Positions 10,950 to 24,049 are shown, counted from the stretch's first letter. The stretch: 64,000 nt of DNA from Octopus sinensis (GCF_006345805.1 NC_043012.1:27466001-27530000); one strand, 5' to 3'. The notes: generated from the letters alone by a model not told the origin. A program made the numbers and translations.

Positions 10950-13900
10950 GGAATTAACAAGAATCTTTATCAATCACTACAATCATTTTGATTTATCGTT
11001 CATGAGTCCCTGATGGATGAGATTCTGGAACCATGCTCTCTCTTGATGCCACTAGATACAGACAAATACCAAAATATATTCTTATCAAGATAAGTGAAAC
11101 AGAGATTAGAGAATGAAGTACCTTTTGACAAGATGCAGATATATGCTCCCAGATATTAACAAAAATAGAATAGGACCAAAATTTAACACTACAAGCAGTA
11201 GCAGAAGAATGCCAGAGGATTATAAATCTAAGACATGACACAGACAAAATTGAAGAAAAAGATTACACTTAAGAGAAAAGAGACTGAATCCATGTTATAG
11301 GTGTGGCGGTCTACTCCAGAGGACATATTTTCAAAATTAAATGGTGGTAAGATATTTTCTAAATGAGATCTTTCTGATGCATACCTACAAATTAAAGTCA
11401 ACAAATGCTCTAAACACCTAACAACACACATAAAGGACTGTATACATTCAACAGGTTACCATCTAGCTCAGAAGTCATATCAACAATTTTTTCAATAGAT
11501 TATGGAGGCAATGTTAGCTGACTGTGAATTCGCAATTCGATATCTGGATGATATGCTCACAAAAATCAAATCCTGGGACCAACACATAGAGCACATAAAA
11601 TGAGTTTAGAAAAATTAGGGATTACAGCTTCACATTGAGTGAAGAAAAGTGTGAATTTTTCTTACTGAAAATAAAATATTTAGGACAAATCATTGATAGA
11701 AATGGCTGTCAACTGATCTGTCAATGGCAGACACAATTAAATATATGTCCCCTCTGACAAATACAGTGCTCTTACAAGCTTTTTTTGGGACTGGCAAATT
11801 ATTACCAAAATTATATTCCAAATATGCATAAGGTAAAAGTTCCACTAAATAATCTATTACAAAAAGATGTAAAGTAGAATTGATCTGAAAATTGGGATCT
11901 TTTCCTTTTGAACGTCAGTTTGTAACATAATTTCTAGGTAACTAAAAAATTTTAAACTTCGTATACTGGTAGAATGTGTTTATAAAATATCATTTACTCT
12001 TGGCTTTATTGAGAAAATTCTATAGGTTGTAACATACTTCATCTAAAATTTCTTGCATTTCGGCAATTTTAACCAATCAATTACCTCCAGTGACGTAAAT
12101 AACATTCTGTGCATAATGAATATGTCCCTCGTTTAAGAAACAGATTGGGTTAATTTACATTTGTGAAGGAAAAAGGTACCCCACCCCTAACCCTAACTAA
12201 CCCTAACTCTAACCCTAAATCTAAAATAGATTGAAATGCAATAGATCGATACTAGGGTTATAATTATGGGTGACATTTTCATATGACACCGCTATAAAAA
12301 ACTTAGCGGTGTCATATGAAATTGTCATCCATAATTATAACCCTAGTATTGATCTATTGCATTTCAATCTATTTTAGATTTGGGGTTAGTTAGGGTTGGG
12401 GGAAGAGTATCTTTTTTCTTCACAAATGTAAATAAACCCAATCTGTTTCTTGAAGGAGGGACATATTCATTATGCACAGAATGTTATTTACCTAAATGGA
12501 TGCCAGTGATTGGTTAAAATTGCCGAAATGCAAGAAATTAAAGACGAAATATGTTACAACCTATAGAATTTTCTCAATAAAGCCAAGAGAAAACGATGTT
12601 TTATAAACACATTCTACCAGTATACAAAGTTTAAAACTTTTTAGTTACCTAGAAATTACGTTACAAACTGCCGTTCAAAAGGAAAAGATCCGAAAATTGT
12701 CTGAAATTTCAACAAATTTTTTAAAAATATTAACTTCTGATTAGTTGTTAGCAAATTTCAATCTTGCAGTATAAATTGTTGTAACTTCAGATGCCTCTGA
12801 GTATGGTATAGGTGCAGTAATGCTACATAAATATAAAGATGGTAATATGAAGTCAGCTTTACATTCTCTGATATCAGAAGAAAAAAATTAAGCTAAATGC
12901 AAGAGGATTTAGCAATTATTTTGCCATACAAAAATTTCATAGATTTTTACACAGTAGAAGTTTTTGACTACACTCTGATTATCATTTGTTATTATCTATA
13001 TATGAGTCAAAGAAAGGAATCCCAACCCATACTGCTAATAGGTTGCAATGCTGGAATATTACATTACTAAACTATGATTTTAAGATGGAGTATATATCAT
13101 CTAAGAAATTAAGACACACTGATTGTTTATCAAGACTGACTTTAAAAAAATGCTGAACCATTTGAAGATATCATGATTGCTGCATTGCAAATGGAAAATG
13201 AAATTAAAAATGCTTTGTGTAATGTCATACATGAACTGTCAGTCACATTACAAGACATAAAATTAAAATCAGAAAAAAATAAATTCATTTAAGAAATGGA
13301 AGAAATGCTGAAGGTTAAAAGAGATAAAAATATGCGCAAAATAAATTTGAACCATTTCTCAATGAGTGACAGTGTGTTTATGTATGCACTAAAGGAATAT
13401 TGGTCACCCAGGGATTTCAAGAATGAAATCGTTAATGAGAAGTTTGTTTATTAGTCAACAATGGGCCATGACATTGAAGAATCAGTGAAAGAATGCAGAG
13501 GGTGTGCCTTAGCTGCAAAAGCACCTACCACTAAATGGCAACGGTGGCCAAAAATAGATATTCTATGGTCCAGACTGCATTTTGATTACACCGGTCCACT
13601 TAAGGGTTCATATTACCTTGTTGTGATGGACAGTTTTTTCAAAGTGGCCTGATGTGCATAGGTGTAAAAAGCTGACATCTGCGGTTACAGTAAGTTTTCT
13701 TACATGAATTGTTCGCCAGATATGGTATTCCTGATACCATTGTGTCTGATAATAAAAACTCAATTTACTTCAGACAAGTTCAGAAAATTTTGTAAAATGT
13801 TCATTGCTGAACATGTATCGGCTGTATCATCCTAGGTCGAATGGACAAGTATTTTGTTGACACTTTCAAGAGGGCCTTAAAAAAGATAAACAATGAAGTA

Positions 13901-14667
13901 ATAGACGGACGACCTCGCACTTCAACAATTTCTAAGTGTGTACTCAGTAACACCTAATCCAAATACCCCATCTTAGTCACCCACGGAACTAATGTCAGCT
14001 AGAAAGGTCAGATCTGTCTTCAATAAGATGATACCAAGTGAAAATAGATAAAAGGCAAACAACAAAAATACTTCAAGATTCTTCAAGTTAGGTGGCTAAG
14101 TTTTTTTTAAACCTATCGATATGGTAAAGCTGGGAGGACGGTGTAATTATTAAACAAATTGGAAGAATGTTATTCTTAGTAAAAGGACAAAAATGTTGAA
14201 CATAAAAGACATATTAACCAACTTAAAAAAAGATTTATGGAAATAAGAGTCATAAGAAATAAAATCCCCATGGAAGTATTGTATGACATGTCTGAGGTAC
14301 CAACACCCAAACAATATGAAGCTACATGTTCTAGCACCAGAAAACAGAAAAGAATGGAAACACTGGAATTGAACCCTAAGCATAAGAGATATTAAAAGTC
14401 TGAGTGGAGTTTAATTCTCAAAAAAGGAGAAGTTAGGGGAGACTAATTCTGAAAAGGGGAAATGTTGTGGAAGGATTATAACCACCACCTGTGTGACTAA
14501 AGGTGAACTGACACGTGGCTATAAAATAAAGAACTGTCAGTAGTTCAGGGTAAGCAGTTCACTGTGAAGTGTTGGCAGAGAGCGTTTAACCTTGTGTAAC
14601 AATAATCGTAGTGCATCAATGTAAATACTTCTTTCCCCTACTACATTAAATGATTTATCCTACACCA
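10950..14667 (+). mobile_element. Heavily decayed Ty3/Gypsy LTR retrotransposon (gag, partial pol, 3' LTR)
   Basis: Gag-like LTLQAVAEECQRIINLRHDT...CYRCGG joins directly to RT EDIFSKLNGGKIFS (protease deleted). Also AIRYLDDML, RNase H TSDASEYGIGAV and integrase CRGC...RLHFDYTGPLKG. A purine tract gaaaaggggaaa (14451-14462) precedes a TG...CA LTR at about 14463-14667. No 5' LTR seen; the 5' boundary is approximate. Confidence 0.8.
11895..12691. mobile_element. 797-bp fold-back (whole-length inverted repeat) non-autonomous DNA transposon with 8-bp TSD
   Basis: Ends GGATCTTTTCCTTTTGAAC / GTTCAAAAGGAAAAGATCC. TSD GAAAATTG at 11887-11894 and 12692-12699. The arms pair down to a 9-nt loop at 12295-12303. 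It interrupts the Gypsy pol between RT and RNase H. Confidence 0.92.
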
Positions 14668-14769
14668 GGATATTAAAATATATATATCTTCTTATATACA
14701 TATAAGATATATATATGTATGTGTATGTATGTATGTATGTATGCATATATATATATATATATATATATT

Positions 14770-16265
14770 TATGAAGGTCACGGAGAGTGTCATAGCCCAA
14801 CTAATTAGGGAAAGAGTCAGTTTGGATGAGATGCAGTTTGGTTTCGTGTCAGGGAAAAGCACCACTGATGCCATATTTCTGGTAAGACAGCTGCAGGAGA
14901 AATACCTACCCAAAGATAAGCCCCTGTACCTGGCTTTCGTTGACATGGAGAAAGCCTTCGACAGGGTCCCCCAATCCCTTATCTGGTGGTCAATGAGGAA
15001 ACTAGGGATAGATGAATGGTTAGTGAGAGCCGTGCAAGCCATGTACAGGGACGCTGTCAGTAAGGTGAGACTTGGCAACGAGTACAGTGAAGAATTCCGG
15101 GTAGAGGTAGGGGTCCACCAAGGTTCAGTCCTCAGCCCCCTATTTATCATAGTCCTCCAGGCAATAACGGAGGAATTCAAGACAGGATGCCCCTGGGAGC
15201 TCCTCAATGCTGATGACCTTGCTCTAATTGCTGAGTCACTAACAGAACTAGAGGAGGAGTTTCAGATGTGGAAACATCGAAGGGCCTTAGAGTCAATCTA
15301 GCTAAAACCAAAGTCCTCATAAGTAGGGAGGTAGACAAATCATAAATGCCTTTCGGTAGATGGCCCTGCTCGATCTGTAGAAAAGGCGTAGGTAGAAACT
15401 CTATAAGATGTACCAAGTATAAGCTATGGACACAGAAGAGGTGCAGCAATGTCAAAGGAAGGCTAACTAGGAAGATAGTTTTTGTATGTGGCAGATGCTC
15501 AGGAGCAATAAACACTGAATATGTGCAGAGAACAACTTCCGCCACATTCCAGGGAGAAAAACTAGAAATAGTTGTTAGCTTCCATTACCTAGGTGACCAA
15601 GTCAGTAGCGGGGGCAGGTGTGCTGAAAGTGTAACAGCTAGAGTAAGAATAGCCTGGGCAAAGTTCAGAGAGCTCTTACCTATGCTGGTGACAAAAGGTC
15701 TTTAGCTCAAAGTAAAAGGCAGACTGTATGACGCATGTGTACGAACAGCCATGCTACATGGCAGTGAAACATGGGCTGTGACTGCTGAGGATATGCGTAA
15801 GCTCGCAAGAAATGAAGCCAGTATGCTCTGATGGATGTGTAATGTCAGTGTTCATACTCGACAGAGTGCAAGTACCTTGAGAGAAAAGTTGGACCTAAGA
15901 AGCATCAGTTGTAGTGTGCAAGAGAGACGATTGCACTGGTATGGTCACGTGGCAAGAATGGATGAAGATAGTTGTGTGAAAAAGTGCCACACCCTAGCGG
16001 TTGAGGGAACCTGTGGAAGAGGTAGACCAAGGAAAACCTGGGATGAGGTGGTGAAGCAAGACCTTCGAACATTAGGTCTCACCAAGGCAATGACTAGTGA
16101 CCGAGACCTTTGGAAGTATGCTGTGTGTGAGAAGACCTGGCAGGACAAGTGAGACCATAACCCGTGGCCTCTACCTGGGATGTAGCCAGCCCACTTATGC
16201 ATATCTTTCCCTCTTGGAACAGAAAACTCTGCTTGCAAAGACCTGTTGAGGCAAGTAAAATCGGA
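14770..16265 (+). mobile_element. 5'-truncated RTE-clade LINE (RT plus C-terminus)
   Basis: QFGFVSGKSTTDAIF, FVDMEKAFDRVP, GVHQGSVLSP, NADDL (decayed YADD), FHYLG and RRLHWYGHVARM...GRGRPRKTW. Frameshifts and stops are present. Confidence 0.92.
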
Positions 16266-16330
16266 ATATATATATACACACACACACACACACATACATA
16301 TATATATATATGCATATATGTGTATCGCAA

Positions 16331-16514
16331 TCATCATCATTTGACGTCCCGTTTCCATGCTGGTATGGGTTAGACAGTTTGATAGGAGTTGGCAAGGCCA
16401 AGAGTTGCACTAGGTTCCACCGTTTGTTTTGGCTAAATTTCTACAGCTGGATGCCCTTCCTAACGCCAACCACTTTACAAAGTGTTTTGGGTGCTTTTCA
16501 TGTGGCACCAGCAC
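16331..16514 (-). mobile_element. Short interspersed repeat with (GAT)n tail (SINE-like or RTE-related)
   Basis: Shares gttggcgttaggaagggcatccagctgtagaaa and ccatgccagcatggaaa...gatgatgat with three other copies in the window. Confidence 0.7.
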
Positions 16515-16630
16515 CATAAATATACATATGTATAGATATACAATTTTTGATCTACTAAGGTATACCTGGTATTGAACCTTATTACTTTTGCCTGAGTTTT
16601 TATTGTCTGTGTGGTTAATATATTGGACTC

Positions 16631-16863
16631 CGTGCCGGTAGCACATAAAAAGCACCATCAAACCGTGGCCGTTTGCCAGCCTTGTCTGGCACGTAAAAAG
16701 CACCCACTACACTCATGGAGTGGTTGGCGTTAGGAAGGGCATCCAGCTGTAGAAACACTGCCAGATCAGACTGGGCCTGGTGCAGCCTTCTGGCTTCCCA
16801 GACCCCAGTTGCACCGTCTAACCCATGCCAGCATGGAAAGCAGACGCTAAACGATGATGATGA
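16631..16863 (+). mobile_element. Short interspersed repeat with (GAT)n tail, same family, opposite orientation
   Basis: Contains gttggcgttaggaagggcatccagctgtagaaac and ends taaacgatgatgatgag. Confidence 0.7.
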
Positions 16864-17799
16864 GGATTTACATCTATGTGTTAATAAGTCTTTTAGTTAT
16901 ATACATTATACAAGTTTTTTAGTTATATACATTTTTTACATATAACTTTGTTCCTTTTAACACATATTTTTTTCAATGAATATCCTTCATATACACATAT
17001 CATTTACATATTTTGCATTTAGTTCATTTTTACTTCAATCAGCTTTTTACTATATGTTTGGGATTTGATTTTCTATCTAATTTCCCCTTTCAATTTGATA
17101 TGTGTTCATGCTTTGTTCTTTATATCTATCTGAATTCCCTTTTTATTATACCCTTTCTAATTTGCTACCCTCCCTCTCCTTAACTTCAAGTGGTAAAATG
17201 CTAAACTGATGTTACCTCACACATGTACATACAGATATACATCTCATAGTTTCAGTCTCTAAACTATGCTTTTTCCATTTTTATTTTATCATTTTCTCTT
17301 AAGCCTTTTCCTCTCTTTTCCATTTTCTCCCACAGCCACAATACTCCACCCTTTACTTTTATTAAGCTGATTTTTAATTATTTCTTTCAGTAATACTCAT
17401 TTGCCCTTATTTTAATTTTAATTTTTAATTCGCATTTCCATTTAAATTCTACTTTAATCATTTATTTCTATAAGGTCTTTCTTATTCTGTGTATTTCTTT
17501 ATACTCATTCCTATGAATTTTCACTATTCAACTTTCAATTTTTATTCTACTCGCCTTAATGCATGTATATTTTCCATTATGATCATTTGATTTTATCCAA
17601 CACATTTCTGTTATTTTTGGAAAGTAATTACTCAATCAGCTTTAAATGTTTACTTCATGAATTGCTAATCAGGTGTACTTATAAACACTTGACTACTCAT
17701 GACTGTCTGATAATCACTTATGTGAACTATGAGTAACAATTTGTGAAGTTTTTTCAGCTTCAATAAAATACTATATATACACATGAGAAACAAAATTGC

Positions 17800-18440
17800 A
17801 CATATGAACAACAATTGCAGCGAGGTGACCGACAAAGCCGTCAACACTAAGCAGTTCCTCAGAGACCTAACCCTAAAGGGCTACCCAACATCTTTAGCCA
17901 AATAACAGTGCCTAAAGAACATCAGGGTCAATGAACTCCGGAAGAACCCTCATACTCCCAAGTCCAGCACGTGCTTCCTAAAGCAACCACATTTTGCTGA
18001 CAGAACTACTGCAGTGATACAACACAAAGTCTGCAGGGAAGGACTCAACTTACAGATAGTGTACACTGGCCTATCACTGAGAAAAGCTCTGTGCACGAAC
18101 AACACCTTTCACCACTCCAAGGAGTGCACATTATTGAACTTCCCCATCAATGACTCTGAAATGTGCCAGAGGACCTATGTTGTATACAAGATCATCTGTG
18201 GCAAATGTGGCACATCTTACAAAACTTTATATATGCATAAAAGAACACAAGCAGGCAGACACTTCCATGAAGAAATATCTACGAAAAGGCCAGAACCGGG
18301 AATTCATAGTGCACATCAGGGCAACACAGTGCAACAGGGGCAACCTTAGAATCTCTGAGGCCATCATCATACACCAAAGGAACCCAACTATCAACAACAA
18401 AGGAGAGTTACAGGAAGCTAGCTGGTTGCTCTAGCAACAA
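17800..18440 (+). mobile_element. Penelope-like element remnant, GIY-YIG endonuclease region
   Basis: CQRTYVVYKIICGKCGTSY and LRISEAIIIHQRNPTINNKGE match the PLE GIY-YIG N- and C-terminal motifs. Frameshifted. Confidence 0.7.
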
Positions 18441-18670
18441 TTTTCCGCACATGTCTACTCCAAACACATTCATACACATGCATATCTGCAACATTTGTTG
18501 ATTTCCTGAGGATGGGGGTCATAACCACAAAATACTGAATGCAAAGTAAGTCTACATTAATTCATATATTTGTTTTCTTGTGATTTGCCTTGTATTTACT
18601 TCGCATTGTTCTGGCCTTACACATGATCCTTTATACAATATATTCTACACAATGCTTCACAGTAACTATT

Positions 18671-18725
<55 letters not shown>

Positions 18726-19848
18726 AATCCAAACGGGAAAACAGAAAAAACAACAACACGTGGAACAATTACAGTATTATTATTAATAGGCGCTCAGGAA
18801 AGATATTGTTTGAAGTGATGTACAGATATTGTATATTAAGAAGAAGGAGGCAGTGAGGATTTTGGATACTTCTTTATTAGTGCTTTCATTCATTCAATTG
18901 AACTCTTCAAATATGATGCACAGAAAATTTCTTCAGCCTTACATACAAATTGAAAAGAGGATGCTGTTTTGTCTAGAAAAGGAGAAAGATAAAAAGAGGA
19001 AGGAAGGTAGGAGAGGGAGATAAGAAAACAGAGGGACAGGAAAGAAAAAGGAAAATAAAAGAACTCATGTATCTTGGGATAGTTGATGCTACATGACATT
19101 TCTAGATGTGAATTTTGTTTTTGAAGAAAGAGAGAAAGACAGGGAAAAGGACAAGAAAGAAAGTGAAAGAAAAAAAAGTGGGGAAAAGAGAAATACAAAG
19201 AGGTTTCTTTTCAATTATATTGTATCAATGTGGTCAACCAATTGAAATTTACATACAATTCAGGATGTCATTCTTGATTCTGTTATTGTTTTTGAAAGAA
19301 TCTCTCTTATTATACAACTAGCTGGCTCCATGCCATCAAAAATGATGGCTAGTTGTAGTATTTTATATATAAATAAGGTACATAATAATCACAGGTACAA
19401 ATATTCACCTACTTCCGTTGTACACGCACTCACATACACACATATACTAACTCAGTGTTGACTTATTCTTTGTAAGCCTAGGACTTATTCTATCATTCTA
19501 AGTTACGGGGATGCAAACACAACAATATCAGTTGTCAAGCGATGTAGGGAAACATACACAGACACACAAACACATAATTTCTGCTCCCACCCAACACAAT
19601 TTCCATGGTCATAACTTTCAGAATTAGGAATATTTTTTAATGAAATTTTCTACGAATATGTGTTCTATCAAATCAATTTCGAATATGTAATTGGGGGGAG
19701 GGGCTGTTTTAGGAGGATGTGAGGATTTTCTGAAAATTCACCCGAGTCTACTTCAATTCATCTCAACTTTCAAGAAAATGGATATTTTTTAATGAAATTC
19801 TCTATATTAGATTCACTTCTTTAAAAAGGTTTCTCAATATAGGAGAAT

Positions 19849-20020
19849 AGGCGTAGGAGTGACTGTGTGGTAAGTAGCTTGCTTATGAACCACATGGTTC
19901 CAAGTTCAGTCCTACTGCATGGCACCTTGGGCAAGTGTCTTCTACTATAGCTTTGGGCCGACCAAAGCCTTGTGAGTGGATTTGGTAGACGGAAACTGAA
20001 AGGATTCCGTCGTATATATG

Positions 20021-20051
<31 letters not shown>

Positions 20052-20263
20052 ATATGTTTATGTGTCCATGTTTCCCCCCACCCCCAACATCGCTTGACAA
20101 CCGATGCTGGTGTGTTTACGTCCCTATAACTTAACGGCTCGGCAAAATAGACTGATAGAATAAGTACTAGGCTTACAAAGAATAAGTCCTGGGGGTTGAT
20201 TTGCTCGACTAAAGGCGGTGCTCCAGCATGGCCACAGTCACATGACTGAAACAAGTAAAAGAG
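19849..20263 (+). mobile_element. tRNA-derived SINE with CORE-like segment and internal (TA)n
   Basis: tRNA-like head (gtggtaag...ggttccaagttcagtcc), then ccttgggcaagtgtctt, a central microsatellite and a 3' end gcatggccacagtca..gactgaaacaagtaaaagag. Two more full copies are present. Confidence 0.85.
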
Positions 20264-20379
20264 GGTGTCAACTTTTGGTATTGACATAAAAACGGCAAAG
20301 TCGGTCCTTGTCTAAATTTTAATGTTTTCGTTTCAAGTTTTAATTCGCTATTTGTAAATAACCAGCCTAAAATTCAGAG

Positions 20380-21120
20380 AACACCTTGACTCAGTCTGTC
20401 TTACTGCAAGAAAGTACAGCGGGTGGATCTTGCGCACCTTCAAATCAAGAGATACCTCAACAATGAAAACAGTCTGGAACAGTATGATACTTCCGAGGAT
20501 TGACTACTGTTCTCAGTTGTGGTCACCAACAACAAAGGGCCAACTATCTAAGATGGAATCGCTCCAAAGAAATTTTACCTCATACTTCTCAGAAACGAGG
20601 GACCTGGACTATTGGCAAAGACTCAAAACCTTGAGGATGTACTCAATAGAAAGAAGATTTGAGCGATACCAAATTATATACATTTGGAAAATGATAGAGC
20701 AAAAGGTGCCAAACTTTGGTATCAAAACCTACCACTCACTGCGCCACGGAAGACGCTGCCAGCTACCACCAATCAACAAAAAGGCTGGCCAGGCAGCAAA
20801 AACCCTGCGAGAATCAAGTCTGTTGGTTTGAGGAGCACAACACAACTATTCAACTCCATTCCGGTACATGTCAGAAATCTATCAGGATGCAGTGTGGAAT
20901 CATTCAAATTGCAGCTGGATAGATACTTAAGCACCATTAGAGATGAACCCCATCTCCCAGGATATACACAACGAGCACAAACTGACTCAAACTCGCTCCT
21001 ACACATGTCAAAATTAAACAGAGAATACAACCTGGCAACCACACCAGACTCTGAGGGTGGAGTCTTCGACTTGGCCTGAGCATGGACTCAAACTCAAATG
21101 AAATGAAATGAAATGAAATA
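20380..21120 (+). mobile_element. 5'-truncated CR1/L2-group LINE 3' end with (GAAAT)n tail
   Basis: WILRTFKSRD...[13 protein letters not shown]...YSIERRFERYQIIYIWK; tail aaatgaaatgaaatgaaat at about 21097-21120. Confidence 0.88.
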
Positions 21121-21262
21121 ACTACAATATTACTAAAATTACTGAAAGAAATATTTACTAAGTTCACAAATTTAAATATTCAGTACAAGACACTTTTCAA
21201 CATGTTTTTATCTATACGATTTTTTCATTCCACGTCCATCTCATTCATTGTTAGCAACATTA

Positions 21263-21296
<34 letters not shown>

Positions 21297-21809
21297 TCCA
21301 GGTTTGATTTCTTTTTTACACAAGTAATTTGTTAAAATTTTGTAATTAAACATGCGGCACCCAAAAAATATGGGCATTATTTTGCTGGAATTTGCACACT
21401 TCATTTACTTGGATAAAAATTTTTTTATTTATTTTCTTTTTCACACTGTGTTCAGCTCTATGTATTTATAAGTAACACATGCACATGTGTTTTTGTATGA
21501 AAGTTTGCATACATTTAGGTCTGGAGTGTGTGTCTGTGTATGTGTGAGTGAATGAAGGGGTGTTTTGTCATGTATTCGTACATACATTGTCATGTATTCG
21601 TACATACATAAATACATATGCATACATCTTTTGTGTGTGTGTGTGTGTGAGGGAGAGTGATGTCTAAGTGGCACTCTCTCTCACACACATACATACAAGA
21701 AAGATGGATGCCTACTATTTATGTATGTACATATATATGACAACACACCCTTCACTCTCCCGTAGTTTGATACTGTATGTATATGTATGTGTGGGGGTGG
21801 GGGTGCGTG

Positions 21810-23123
21810 CAGCTGACATTCCACAGTTGTCAGAAAAAAGCAGAGGAATTTTCTTTCTTGATACTCCTGGTGACACACGTAAAACATTTCTCATATTGCT
21901 TCTCTCCAAAGTAAGGCAAAAAAAAAAAAAATTGCAATTGCTGTACTATTGTCTGGCTTTGCTGTCACCATTCTCCCAGAAGGACAAACAGCTCATTCTG
22001 CTTTTAAATTACCACTAAACCTGGTCACAAGTGACAGTCCAGTTTGTAACATAAGCAAAGATTCAGGTTCAGCAGAAGAGTTGTGCCAATGCCACCTTAT
22101 CATTTGGGATGAATGCACCATGTCACATAGAGGTGCAATGGAAGCTCTTGGTTACACCATACAGGACATCAAAAGCAACGATAAATTTGTGGGAGGGGTT
22201 ACATTACTTTTATCAGGAGACTTCAGATAGACATTACCAGTCATTCTGAGACGAACAAGATCTGATGAAATAAAAGCATGCATTAAGTCTTTGCACCTAC
22301 AGAATAAAGTACTGAAATTCTCCTTCAATACTAACGTGCCAGCTTCATTACAGGGGGTCCAATGTGCAAAACAGTTTTCAACCTGGCTCCTCCAATCAGG
22401 AAATGGGAAAGTACCATTTGGTGGGAATGGTGATATCAGTTTGGCTCATATTGCTATCATGGTGAATTCCCTAGCTGAATTGAAGAACAGGGTATTGCCA
22501 GACTTAGGTAATAATTATAATTCACATAAGTGGTTGTGTGAAAGGACAATTCTTACTCCAAAATATGAGACAGTAGCAAGAATTAACCATGGATTAATGA
22601 ATAAGATTCAAACATTCATTAAGAAGTACAAATCAGTTGATTCAGTCTTTCATGAAAATCAAGCTGTCCATTACTCACCAGAGTTCCTTAATTCTCTTGA
22701 GCCCCCTGGAATTCCTCCTCATAAACTTTTTCTGAAGGTAGGCGTCCCAATAATGCTGCTAAGAAATTTAGATCCTCCTAAATTATGCAATCGGACAAGG
22801 TTGATTGTGAAGACATTATCACCTAATGTGACAGAAGCTACCATCATCACTGGATGTGCCTCTGGGGAAGAGGTTTCCATTCCAAGAATTCCAATCAAAC
22901 CAACAGACATGCCCTTTCAGTTCAGACAAACATAATTCCCAGTGCGACTTTTCTTTGCAATGTCTATTAATACAGCTCAAGGTCAGTCTTTGAAATCTAC
23001 TGGCTTGCTTTTCTCATGGTCAACTTTGTTGGTTGCTCCAGAGTAGATAGTTTGCAAGACTTATTTGTCTATGCTCCAAACCAGAAAACAAATAATGTTG
23101 CTTACCTAGAAGCTCTTACGTAA
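21810..23123 (+). pseudogene. Decayed Helitron PIF1 helicase domain
   Basis: FFLDTPGDTRKTFL (decayed Walker A), TAHSAFKLPL, IIWDECTM (Walker B), LLSGDFR*TLPV, LKVGVPIMLLRNLDPPKLCNRTRL and FAMSINTAQGQSL. Stops and frameshifts are present. Confidence 0.88.
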
Positions 23124-23366
23124 TTTCTTTCAACATATGTGGTAGAATTTATCTCCTTTCATAAAAGTAGGAAATTTTGTATTTTCGTTTATCATCATCA
23201 TTACCAGTTAAGAATAATAATCAAGGTACTAGAAAAACTCTCTCCTGAACGAAATCCCTCAGGATATTGTTCTTCCTTTACAATAAAAATATTTTAGGAA
23301 AGTGAAATTTTGTAAAACAATTTAAAATATTTATTAGTTGATATTTTGTGTAAAATTTAGGATTTT

Positions 23367-23573
23367 CTCTCTTTACTCTTTTACTTGTTTCAGTCATTTG
23401 ACTGCGGCCATACTGGAACACCGCCTTTAGTCGAGCAACTCGACCCCGGGACTTATTTGTAAGCCCAGTACTTATTCTATCGTTTTCTTTTGCCGAACCG
23501 CTAAGTGACGGGCACATAAACACACCAGCATCGGTTGTCAAGCAATGCTAGGGGGACAAACACAGACACACAA

Positions 23574-23614
<41 letters not shown>

Positions 23615-23780
23615 TATGACGGGCTTCTTTCAGTTTCTGTCAAGCAAATCCACTCACAAGGCTTTGGTCGGCCCGAGGCTATAGTAGAAGACACTTGCCC
23701 AAGGTGCCACGCAGTGGGACTGAACCCGGAACCATGTGGTTGGTAAGCAAGCTACTTACCACACAGCCACTCCTGCGCCT
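23367..23780 (-). mobile_element. tRNA-derived SINE, same family as 19849
   Basis: The reverse complement begins aggcgcaggagtggctgtgtggtaagtagc and aligns end to end with 19849-20263. Confidence 0.88.
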
Positions 23781-24049
23781 TAAATATAATAGCTGAAAAA
23801 CTTTATATGACATTACCAAACATTTATTTAAAACGCTAAATTAAATACAATGCCTCTAAGAAAATCTAAATATGTTGTTTCTTGGTATTTTTGCAGAACT
23901 GATAAAATTTGTGATGCTGCATCCTTATGCTTTTGTAGATTGGTGATAAGAGAACACACCTATATAAACATGTTCTTTACTAAGTGCATTTATAGAAAAC
24001 TATATATTATGTTTTTCTTCAGGCATTGGTTGTTGACTACACAGTGATT

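Noticed and set aside
12185-12218. Relic of a chromosome end or telomere fusion
   Set aside because: The CCCTAA tract is internal to a TSD-flanked transposon arm and has counterparts in the other arm and in the solo arm at 50463.
18500-18545. Hammerhead after the PLE endonuclease (CTGAGGA-TGG...CCA-CAAAA)
   Set aside because: GAAA and stems I and III are not recoverable; at most a decayed relic.
21810-23123. Host PIF1 helicase gene
   Set aside because: It is intronless with a mutated Walker A (GDTRKT), stops and frameshifts, and has Helitron-type motifs. A second relic lies at 8956.
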